Shown: in pieces, positions 35,458-45,896 of the stretch
Layout: each line of letters opens with the position of its first letter
Numbering within the stretch: position 1 is the stretch's first letter
From: Picochlorum sp. SENEW3
Taxonomy: Eukaryota
DNA length: 64,000 nucleotides
Assembly (NCBI GenBank): GCA_034226945.1
Contig: CP120463.1
Coordinates: forward strand, 744,001-808,000
Direction of reading: 5' to 3'
The notes under the pieces: model-generated
Database searches by the model: none
Told to the model about the DNA's origin: nothing
Seen by the model: only the letters and a program-made list of their open reading frames with translations
Made by a program: the position numbers and the translations under genes

Positions 35458-36005
35458 ACTGCCGGTTGTTGTTACGCAACTGAAATTTGAAATTGTCTCG
35501 ACTCACTTGTGGTATTTTTTCTTCTTTTGTAGCCTACTAAAATACATATAGGTATCAGAAAAATATATACTAGTATTCATGGATGCTGCCGTAGTATGGG
35601 ATGGGATCCATCCATCCATCCATGGTCACCACCATGGTGGCATTGGCCAATGGCACTATTGCCAATATTGGCCCTTGTCAAGGCCATGAGTAGGAATGGC
35701 CCATGAAGAGGGCCCCAATTTGGGGTTGTGAGGCATGGTATGACATGGAACAGAAGAGATTGAACTTATTCTCAGTGAGAAGAGGGGATATGAGCAATCA
35801 TCGATCGACAAGAAGAACCTCTCTACAAGAGCCAAGCTTGAGTTGAAGTAGAGAGAGATTCCAGTCTGGACAATCTGCTCAGCAGTAGGAAAGAATATCA
35901 GCACTGCGGTAATAGTAGCCATGTCATACTGAAAAAATACTGAAAAAATTAAATTAGATATATTTAAAGCCATATATACTAGTAATATAAACGCATAAAA
36001 GTATA

Positions 36006-36781
36006 ATGAGTTTTATGGCCGGACGTGAATTTGGGAGCAAAACTGGCTCTGGTTTTGTCTCAAAAGAGCACGAGGTATGTCATTGTATTCGCCTATTCCT
36101 TTTTTTAAAATAAATGAATAAAAATATTACATGGTGCTGCCAAATGAATGGATGCAGGCGATTGATCGGCGAGAGAGGCTCAGGCGCCTAGCCCTCGAAA
36201 CTATTGATGTATCGAGGGACCCGTATTTTATGAAGAACCATTTGGGTCAATATGAGTGTCGTTTATGTCTTACTCTTCATAAGAATGAAGGGAATTACTT
36301 GGCGCATACTCAAGGGAAGAGGCATCAGCAAAACATGGCGAAAAGGGCTGCAATGGAAGCAGCAGAGAAGGAAGCAGCACCGGCCCCGCAGCGGCGAGTG
36401 GCGATTCGAAAGACTGTCAAAATTGGACGTCCTGGATATAGAGTGACTAAAGAATATGATCAATCTGATAGCACAAAGGCGCTGTTGTTTCAAATAGAGT
36501 ATCCTGAGATTTCAGATGGAGAACGACCGCGGCATCGATTTATGAGTGCAATAGAGCAGAAGAAGGAGCCAACAGATTGGAGATATCAATATTTATTATT
36601 TGCAGCTGAACCGTATGAGACTATTTGCTTCAAGATTCCAAATATGGAGGTGGATAATAGCAAGAAGGATGTGCAGATGTTTCGGCATTGGGATCAAGAT
36701 GGTAAAGTGTATAGTCTGCAGATTCCGTTTCGAAACAGCGAACACAACCTTGCTATTCCTGCGCCACCTCATGCTATGTAA
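36006..36781 (+). CDS. SF3A2: Splicing factor 3A subunit 2
   Basis: RRERLRRLALETID..DPYFMKNHLGQYECRLCLTLH, KIGRPGY and AAEPYETI motifs. One intron after exon 36006-36074. Confidence 0.96.
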
Positions 36782-36787
36782 TGTAAT

Positions 36788-38107
36788 TTATACGCGAATT
36801 TCTAGTGAGCATCCGAATCCGTTTGATGCGTATGGCATACCATGGGATGGCATGGTGACGTTTGCAGGTTTGCGAAAGGGGTTCATGAGCACTGCTGTAG
36901 CTTTGACATGTGTGTGTAGAAACTCGGAGCATTCTTTACTCTTTTGAGGGTGACCTCCGCATGCCATGGCGATGTCGCCTATTCCAAGAAATGGAAGTTT
37001 TCCATCATACTCTGGAATGCATGTCTTTCCAAACAGCATGTACAAGTTCTTCCGTGCTACTTCTATGGATTCCTGAACATAGTCTGTGAAGAAGAACATG
37101 TTGGGGCTGTGTCTCGTTGCCATGAGTGATTTAATGTGACAGACTGTATCCATCCATGACGGATATGCCCCAATACCAGCATTCAACGCACACACAATGT
37201 GGGACTCTGCCATGAGCTGTATTGATGGTGGGTCTGTCAGTGTGGTTGATCTACACGTGATTTTCAATTCTTTGGATGTTGTAGATGATGTAATATTGAT
37301 GCATTTCTGATCCATCCAAGATGGGAGTTCTGGGCCCACCATGGTGATGTCAAAGGAATAGCCAGGCAAGAGGTTGAACAATTCCAACAACAATGGCCAT
37401 TGGTCCAACTCCTTCTCGCATCCTGCCAACACGAGTTGTATCACATGCGTGCGTGTAGAAGAATTATTACTTTTGTTCCTCAAGAATCTCTTGATTGCCC
37501 AAAATATCGTGAGTGGGATATCCATCAGCACCATGAGTTTTTTTTGCTCTGCCGTCCAATAAATTCTTCTTCTTTTATACTCCATGTATGATTGCCAGTC
37601 CACAATAGAGTCGTACACCTCCACAGGAGATCCATCCAGAACACAATTACTCCCTTCAGTACCCCACCACGCATCCAGTTGAGGGCGTATACTGTCCGTT
37701 GTCACGTCAACGTGTTTCAGCCTCTCAGAGACATGGTGCCCAAACCAGCCTTGTACAAGCGGCCCACTGACGCAAAATGCCGATGCATTCCCGACACCGC
37801 AAGAGCATTCCATCCGAAATGGGTCCTTTTTATGAACCCCAATCTTCTCCAGCATGTCACACGGAGATGAGTAGAGTGAATTGTCCGTCAAACACCACGA
37901 AAACAAGGGTGCAAGAGAGGTATAAAATCCATCCTCCAAAGCACTCGACCGAAACTCGCGTAATCGAATACAGTCCTCTCTACTATGCCCACCCTGATCT
38001 ATATATCTTTGCTGATGAGATTTGCTGCAGAAATACAGGCATCCGCATCCATCGCAGACGATTGGAGAAGAATTCACATTGCTCCCACACGCACTGCAAC
38101 ACTTCAT
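36788..38107 (-). CDS. MYND zinc finger / MSS51-like protein
   Basis: CxxC..CxxC..FCSKSHQ..H..C; DW.SY, PLTI, G.EKEL, VGPE, ALNAG..YPSW and NPFRKP motifs. Confidence 0.85.
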   Translation of the reverse strand: MKCCSACGSNVNSSPIVCDGCGCLYFCSKSHQQRYIDQGGHSREDCIRLREFRSSALEDGFYTSLAPLFSWCLTDNSLYSSPCDMLEKIGVHKKDPFRMECSCGVGNASAFCVSGPLVQGWFGHHVSERLKHVDVTTDSIRPQLDAWWGTEGSNCVLDGSPVEVYDSIVDWQSYMEYKRRRIYWTAEQKKLMVLMDIPLTIFWAIKRFLRNKSNNSSTRTHVIQLVLAGCEKELDQWPLLLELFNLLPGYSFDITMVGPELPSWMDQKCINITSSTTSKELKITCRSTTLTDPPSIQLMAESHIVCALNAGIGAYPSWMDTVCHIKSLMATRHSPNMFFFTDYVQESIEVARKNLYMLFGKTCIPEYDGKLPFLGIGDIAMACGGHPQKSKECSEFLHTHVKATAVLMNPFRKPANVTMPSHGMPYASNGFGCSLEIRV

Positions 38108-38147
38108 GATGGCATTCAATCTCCATTTTATATATGTAGAAATGTTA

Positions 38148-38884
38148 TTACATAAAATCATCTTCAAATTCCTCATACGTTGAGTATTTATTCCTCAAAT
38201 CCGCATTTGTCTGCATGGCATCCTCTGTCAAGACTCTATCATACGAATACAGTTCTTTCAACCTCTTCTGCTCTTCTTTTTCACTCTTTTCCAACGCCTT
38301 CTGCCTTTGAGCTTCTATTTTTGCCAAACGCCTCTGCTCAGCAAGCCAGGCCTCCTTCTCTGCCTCTAAATCTGGGTACAACTCCTCCTTTGTCTTGTTC
38401 AACCTATTCACAATCTCATTCTCACGCTTCTCAACTCTATAATCCCGTATCAGCTTTGTATCATGGTATCCAACCTGTCCAGCAACCATATCTCCAGTTT
38501 TCTTTAAATTACTTGCGGGCGTGTACACAATATTCAGCTTGTTCACCTTGTTCCCTTGAATAGAGTTTGCCTTGACCAACTGACAGCAATCCTCCAGAGT
38601 TTCATCTGGTATATCGGCAATCGTCTTCCCCTCAGGAAGCCTCAAGTACACGTGAGCCGATGATAAGTTATCCACGTGAAACCAAATATCAATGGGCAAC
38701 GAATATCGTATCAATTCCTCATTTTCATGCTTGTCTTTCCCCTGAGCACAGTCAAAATGTCACATGAATACGCCATAATAACCGCTGATCTTATAAACGA
38801 TCTTATGCACGTATGACATACCATGTATATCAGATAATCGTCCTTTCCAGGACCATAGTGCCGTGGTTTGAAGTAAAATACCAT
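38148..38884 (-). CDS. CCDC25: CCDC25 / NFACT-R domain protein
   Basis: MVFYF..YMGKDKHENEELI..WFHVDNLSSAHVYLR, QLVKANSIQGNK and C-terminal EDDFM. One intron. Confidence 0.95.
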
Positions 38885-38903
38885 GCTGTGCCACCCAGAC
38901 TCT

Positions 38904-38922
38904 GAGAGAGAGAGAGAGAGAG
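38904..38922. repeat. (GA)n microsatellite
   Basis: gagagagagagagagagag upstream of CCDC25. Confidence 0.9.
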
Positions 38923-39258
38923 ACTTTTTTTTCTTTCTTTCCTACCTGGAAATCCCAATGTTCTGATACCAGATGTTGGTGATCACGTGTGAATATATAC
39001 TCTAAAATGCAAATACTGTCTACCATGCAGCCAGTCACAATTCCATGAATTTTAGTTTATTTTTATCATCTGTATTACGGAAGTTGTTCCCGAGTGGATT
39101 CACCCGTCCACTCGGTATGCATTCAAAATCAGAACTAAACGGTTACATATGGAAGAATCTGATGGTGGATCTACTAGAGGTGGCTTGGGCAACAGGATGG
39201 ACGCTTGTTGGTAGGACTGCAGAACGTTTGAATTTGAATTTCCCTTCTTGGTGGAGTG

Positions 39259-42200
39259 ATGGGCAGGTATAAAGTAGACATTAATGGAGAGATTATTCAG
39301 AATCGTAATAGGGATGCTCATGGCCCTCCAAAGTTGTTGGGTCTTGTGCTGGGCCGGGACAAGGTGACGAGTTTGAGGGAGTTTTTGCTACGTATTGCTC
39401 GCACAAGACCCGAGGCGAGTCGCTTGTCTGTGACATTGCAGGGGCCTAATGATCATCCAAGTTATCAAAGGCTTTTGGATACGACGTGGTGTTATCTGAC
39501 GCCCGGAAGTGCTGATCTGGAGGCTGGATTTAGTCTCAAACAGAGCTGGAGCCAAGCACAGGTATGGCCATGGCTCTTTTTATTACTTGTCTGTATGTGT
39601 ATTCATGCTGCTGCTGCAATGAATGTGTGTCCTTATACTGCTGCTGCTGATGATGATTGAGGCGTTTTGTATGTGCAGTTGATTGGTCGAGCCATTGAAA
39701 CCCTCTTGTATGGGCAAAAGGGAAGGAAGAATGTCTTGATGTTTGGGTATGGAAAGGTGTGTACTGTGATAGATATGATACTTGAAATGTACACAATGAC
39801 TAAGTGGGTACACATTGGTTGCAGAAATCTTCCTCTGCGAAAGGCAAGTCAGTGGAAGGTGCTCACAGGACTGAAATGTATTGTATTGATGGGACTGCCA
39901 AATCAATGTGTTCTCCTGCGTGGCAGCTGTTGCAAACTAGAATCGGTGATACGCTCATGTTGTATTTATTGCTTCATGTTAGTATGTTCTCGACGCTAGA
40001 GAATGAATGTTTTTTCCAGCTGACTGGGTATCCAGTGACACTTGCTGCAAGAGCAGTGAAGAAGACATCACAGGCTCAGCAAGGGAGGTTATCGATGAAA
40101 CAGTATTATGAAAAGGATACTACCAATGATGGTGTAGGGGTGGTATCTAGACATCGGAAACGGATGAAGCTAATGAAGAATAGCGTGGAAACAAATGCAC
40201 AAGATGCAAGAGGAGTGCATCAAGGTACCAAGGCAGCAAAGCCAGGGCGACCTTCGAGCTGGCAGCGGAAAAAGTATAAGAGAGCAAAGGAGCGTGGGGA
40301 TGAGAGTACTGTGAGAGAGTTAGAGTTGCAGAGAGAAGTGAAGCATAGAAAACATGATGGTCAGCAATTGAATACTGCAGTATCTTCCTTGCACCAGACA
40401 CGTGAGTCACGTGATTCGAGGAAATCTACTAGGAAAATAGAACATTATCAGCATCCAAAATACGTATTAAGACCTTCGGAGATGATCATTCCACGTCAGT
40501 CAATGTTTTACAGCAGGAGATATTCTAGACAAGGTGGCCTTCCTTCTGAGCGTACGTCTCATTATTTTCTTTATGTATTGCTTCCTGTGATGTGATCCAT
40601 GTGCCGCTTTTTATATGCAGACATAATCATGCGATTGAATCCCGACAATAGGTCGGGTAAGGTTTTGTATCAGTACATTTTCAAGCGAAGGTTGAACCCA
40701 GTTGCCCTCCTGGCCAATCGGCGCAAGTCCATGCATTTACAAAACTGCCCATATCGTCCGTTAGTGCCTCCAAAGCATCAATATTTGATTCCATGGCTCA
40801 ATTCAATCGTTAGAAGGGCGCATAAATGCAATTATAATGCCTTACTGAATGTTCACTGCCCTTTACCAGATGCATATCTCAAGTGGATTGCAAAAGGCAG
40901 CGTTCGCGAGGCTAGAGGAGGGTCTTCTTTGGCTGGTGTAGGTAGTAAAATTCATTGTAATTCTTCCATTGATGGTGACGCGCATGCATGTGGTGGCATG
41001 AACGGTGCTGATGAACCTGCAGTTCATGCACTTGGACATGCCATGTCCACAGGGACAGTGATGAAGGCAGATGTACAAGATGAACTCTTGCCTCAGAAGG
41101 CACATAGGAATGGCACTCTGAACAACCAAGATTGCAATCAAGATGACGATGTTGGAAGCACTGGGGAGGAAATCCCCGACCTGAGTGCCTCATTTGTTCC
41201 TCACAGCAATGTTGCCAATTTTGTGTGGGCTGTCATTCGTGCTGTGATTCCAAGGCACATGCTGGGAGGCAAAAAGTCCAGGAAGGTGTTGAGGAAATCC
41301 GTGCATCGATTCATAGGATTAAAACGATTCGAGGATATGACTGCACATGAAGTCATCAGGGGCATTCCACTGTCAGAGATGCAGTGGCTCAATATCCACA
41401 GGACACCGACCAATGGAAAGGATACAAAGGGGATGAAATCAACATTTCCACCTAATAGCTTAGCATTCAGAACTCGTATGCTTCTCTTTTGGGTCGGTTG
41501 GCTGTTTGGATCCTTTGTAGTCCCCATTCTCAGGTCTCACTTTTACTGCACAGAAAACGAGTCATATCGACAGCAGGTTTTCTACTATCGCAAGCAAGTC
41601 TGGTCAACGATGATTGATAAATCATTCAAGGAATCTTTGTCATCAACTTTTATTCCCATCAAGGCGAAGGTCGCACGTGCAAGTCTTGCAAAGAGGAAAC
41701 TTGGAGTGTCGCGCCTTCGGTTTTTGCCCAAGAGGAATGGACTACGGTTTCTCGTGAATATGAGCAGGAAATCTGAAGCTCGGTTCAAATCATACACCGA
41801 AAAGGATCCTCGCTCAGGGAGAAAGTACAAACACCCTGCCGGTCGTCTACATTTCGAGCCGATCAATCAGACTTTACGGAAGGCTCAAATAGTTCTAAAG
41901 AGTGAGGCCATGAGGCATCCAACACTTTTTGGCAGCTCCATGTATGGTGTCAATGACATATTTTGTCATTACAAGCCATTTGTTAATCAATGGAGATCGG
42001 ATAGGAAGAAAGAGGCTGCCTTAAAATCTACGACAGTGTCACAGTTGAAGGAAAAGTTTGGCCCCTATGCTGTTTGTGTAGACGTATCCAGAGCTTTTGA
42101 CAATGTAGATGTCTCCACGTTGCTAGGAATCATATCAGAACTACTCACAGCTGAGGAGTACACCATTGTCAAATTCACTGAAATTGTGACCATCATGGGG

Positions 42201-43535
42201 GAGATTAAAATACGTTTCAGAAATTTTGCGGTTCCAACACACGAGATGCACGATGGTCACTTTTCCCAAAAAATGGCATCACTGTCAAATGGTCAGAAGA
42301 GTAGAATATTTGTCGATGCGATCACAGAAGAGAGAATATCAAGATACAATCTCATGGCACAATTAAAAGACTATTTGTCTCTGAATCTCGTCAAGCTCAA
42401 GAAAAAATGGAGGTATCAGTGCAAAGGCATTGCCCAGGGAGGCACACCCAGCACAATGCTCTGCAGTCTCTATTTAGGATACGTTGAACGAGCATGCTTG
42501 GAACCGATGATTGCATCATGCGGAGCAATACCTGTCATTTCCAATGAAGACATCGCATCTAGCTACAATTTTTCGTCGACACAGAACCTGACATCGCTTA
42601 CAGCACTAGGGCTAGCCTGTGGATCAAGACCGTCTGTGCAGAAACCAGTAGTCAATTTTCAAAGAGACAATTTACCGAGCAGAAGTTGCCCCGATCGATC
42701 CCATTCATTACTTCTTCGTCTAGTTGACGACTGGATCATCATATCACGCCATAAGGCTGTCGTAGAGCAATTTGCTTCAAGAATCCTTAGCGGGATACCT
42801 GGGTTCAACATCCATGTCAACCCCAGCAAGACACAATTGACATTTGATCTCACAGCGGTCCCAGGATTAGGAATGATGAAGCGAAATGAATTTGTTGAAG
42901 CCGATGGGTCAAGGTTCATCAAGTGGTGTGGTTTGCTCATTGACACCAGCACACTGGAGATGAGAGCTGACTACACTCGCTATGCTGGAGAACACATGGG
43001 GGCATCACTCAATGTACCAGCACAACGGAATCCAGGATCTGCATTGAGTTCGAAACTATGCCATTATATACGCCCAAAACTCATCCCAGTGCTCCTTGAC
43101 GAGGAAATCAATTCCCCATTGACAATTCGAATCAATGTGTATCAGACATTCCTCCTGGGAGCAATGAAACTGCATTGTTTCATGCATCGCCTCCCATGCC
43201 CACCAGATGATACACGGTCATGCCAATGGATAGTCTCAGCCATTGAAACTGGAATCCGTTATGCTATCGAATCGACAAGGGCCCGGCGAGTTGCACGACA
43301 GACAGGACATTCCAGGGCCATCATGTGCAACCCATCACTGCCCCATTCGCATGTAGAATATCTAGCCTTCTATGCATTTTATACAATCATGCGAAAGAAG
43401 CAGTCACGATACAAGGCTTTATTAGAAGAATTGAAGAACAAACTGAACCAACCTAGGTGCAAAAGATGTGCCCCTCATCTGAGAGAAGCAATAGAACCAA
43501 TACACTCTTCAGTATTTGATTCCATAAACTATTAA
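39259..43535 (+). CDS. TERT: Telomerase reverse transcriptase
   Basis: TEN domain (NVLMFGY, WQLLQTRIGD..M..LL, FFQLTG), CP motif (LLNVHCP), T motif FYCTE..VFYYRKQVW, LRFLPK, motif A VDVSRAFD, B' GIAQG, C LRLVDD, E WCG. Four exons. Confidence 0.97.
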
Positions 43536-43565
43536 AAGTCCGCATCATGTAATCCATAGTATTAA

Positions 43566-44275
43566 CTATCGACATGTTGCATACATTGTTGCATCAGTCG
43601 TCATCCATGACACCGCATGGCTTCCAGTCGACTGATCACCTCGAGAACCAAAGACCCTCACCTGCCGAACATGTGTGTCTCTCCCATTCTGATGATTGAC
43701 TAGAATCGTAATCTGGAGAATCCTCCCAGTCACAGGCTTTTCTGGATGCCTGCACAAAGAGGGTATAACTTTACGTTAATATCAAATACAAGACATGCGT
43801 ATAGTGGCTGCCTTGTATACCTAACGAACGCACTCTTCGCTTGCAATTGGAAGCACAATCCACCCCTGAGGCTCAATCACTTCTTCTGTCCGAATACAAC
43901 TCATGTCACTCCATCTCGTCCCAACACTAACACTTAAACGCTGAGGAGTATAGGACTCATCCATCCTATAATTAGTCTGAATAGCAACCTTGCTAATGGC
44001 AACATACTGCTGAAAATGCAGTGTTATTGTATGCGGCTGCATTCCATCCGACTGCCAATACGTATCACTACTCCCATCGACAAGCAAATCAACTCCTATA
44101 TACCACGGAGACCATGGGTGAGCATGCGTCGGAAAATCCATTGCAGAACAGAAACACACACACCGTTTCCAGGCTTGGCACTAGAGACACTCCACACTGC
44201 CAACTTTCCCACATCTCGCTCTCTCTTATCCTCCTCCAGTGATTCAAAAATCAATCCAGAACTATTCGGGTTCAT
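43566..44275 (-). CDS. APC10: Anaphase-promoting complex subunit 10 (DOC1)
   Basis: AVWSVSSAKPGNG, TYWQSDG.QPH, DESYTP, EPQGW and NHQNGRDTHVRQ motifs. Two introns. Confidence 0.95.
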
Positions 44276-44611
44276 TATAGCATGGCAGGTATCGACGGAG
44301 AGAATATGAAAAACTACAGAACGTTGGCTGTTCCGGTGCTATAACTGCTGATGTATTCTATGGATCTATTCCTATTCCATGCATTCATGCCAACATCTTA
44401 CAGAACATATATAACAGTATTATAATAGCCCAATGGAGTGAGATTTGATGGTATTTTTTTCAGAAAGTGGTTGGGGTATGACGTTAGATATGGGTATTCG
44501 GTCAAACAGTCTCTTTGATTGGTCATGATATTGAGACCCAGACTGTGTGTCTATAGCACACAGGACACGCCCTCGAGCCTCGATGAGAAGAATACAAATT
44601 GTAAAATTTCA

Positions 44612-45414
44612 ATGATTCTTGAGACGAACGTGTCAACAGGCAAGGAAAGCGTATCGATACCTGAATTGCATAGGTACGTTTGGCTGAGAGAGTGTCCTCT
44701 GTGGTTGTGTGGTGGATGACATGGACGATTTGGTCATTCATTCAGTGTCGGAAAACGTATATTTGACGATATTGCCAAGGAAAGAAAGGGTGCGTTTGTG
44801 TGGACTGTGTTTCTGTGTGAGTGAACTCGTCGAGGGGTACGAGGAGGACGGAGGTTCTTCTCTTCTGTTTTGGCACGTTGATCATGGATCTGAGGACATT
44901 TTCATACATATATGCAGTTTCTGATCTTCATCTGGCAAGGTGCGAGTGCATATCCAATTGAGATTAGACGCAGTGCGTCCAACTGACTGGTAAAGAAGGG
45001 TTTGTTGTTTCTTTTTTGATTCAGTCTGAAGCTTTTGTTTGACAAGCACGCTCTGAAAGCAACAGCGATTGTCGATTCGGGTGGCGTCTCTTGCTTTGTT
45101 GGGCAGAAGACTGGTAGGAAGGTGTATCAGGTGAAGGGACACAAGTCTGGTGATACGTATACAGTGTTTCCAGATCACTATTGCTCTTGCCACTCATTCT
45201 TCTATGATATTGCCACGAAATCTGAAGGAATATATGTATGTGTATGAAAAATATCTTGGCTTGGGTGTGGACGAATGGCTGACATGGTATTGTCATATGT
45301 CTGTAGTGTAAGCATCAGGTTGCTGTCTACCTGTCGAATGCACTGGAGAAAACTAGGATTCAAACAGTGCAAGATTTAGTGATTGCTGAGATTTTGCAGG
45401 ATATATCGCGTTAG
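44612..45414 (+). CDS. SWS1: SWIM zinc-finger protein, SWS1/ZSWIM7-like
   Basis: Five exons reconstructed: ...LFDKHALKATAIVD...GRKVYQVKG...HYCSCHSFFYDI...|CKHQVAV...; CxC-x15-CxH SWIM motif. Stop TAG 45412-14. Confidence 0.85.
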
Positions 45415-45419
45415 ATATA

Positions 45420-45884
45420 ATGGTGTTGGATAGACGCGGCAAAGAAGAGGCTGTGCGTAGTAATACTCTCAGTGATACTCTGATGGAATATGAATCCAAC
45501 TCTATAGATTCGAGTGATTTTACCAATCATCATCAAAAAGAGTTTTCAAAGGGGGATACATTAGAATTATCGGGTAGTAATCATGGAAAGATTGTATCAG
45601 AAGGAGGGGCGTCCCTCATGGGACACACTGGAGTGGTGCATGAGCATGATGTGGGATTAGAAGAGCACAGCAGCCCTGCCAAAGCACTTTTATTGTTGCT
45701 GCTCGGTCTCCATCTTATAGGAGTGTTAATATGGCTGAGATTCTGGTTGAAGGATCGGAAAATCAAGTTTCCTCGAATGAAGAATACACCTCCTCCTCAG
45801 AAACAGTCCTGTACGTATGATATTGACAGCCGGTACATTTCAAAGATTGAGCTACCTCTGAAGGCCTTAAAAATAGCTAAATAA
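45420..45884 (+). CDS. Hypothetical single-pass membrane protein
   Basis: 154-aa ORF with one strong TM helix followed by a basic stretch. TGTAA at 45888. Confidence 0.7.
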   Translation: MVLDRRGKEEAVRSNTLSDTLMEYESNSIDSSDFTNHHQKEFSKGDTLELSGSNHGKIVSEGGASLMGHTGVVHEHDVGLEEHSSPAKALLLLLLGLHLIGVLIWLRFWLKDRKIKFPRMKNTPPPQKQSCTYDIDSRYISKIELPLKALKIAK

Positions 45885-45896
45885 TGATGTAATAAT

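Noticed and set aside
33500..35720. Terminal inverted repeats flanking the orphan ORF
   Set aside because: The (GATA)n and (CATC)n tracts are not true reverse complements, and no TSD was found.
38885..39258. Possible telomerase RNA next to TERT
   Set aside because: No telomere-template-like (CCCTAAA-type) sequence was seen here or in other intergenic regions by eye.
40621..43535. RT domain as a retrotransposon, retron or group II intron
   Set aside because: It has telomerase-specific TEN, CP and T motifs and spliceosomal introns, with no LTR, endonuclease or TSD.
14901..45414. Apparent clustering of cell-cycle and genome-maintenance genes (NAE1, WEE1, MCM2, CDKC, TERT, APC10, SWS1)
   Set aside because: They are interspersed with unrelated genes, and a reduced genome is enriched for core genes. 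Clustering cannot be supported without a genome-wide test.
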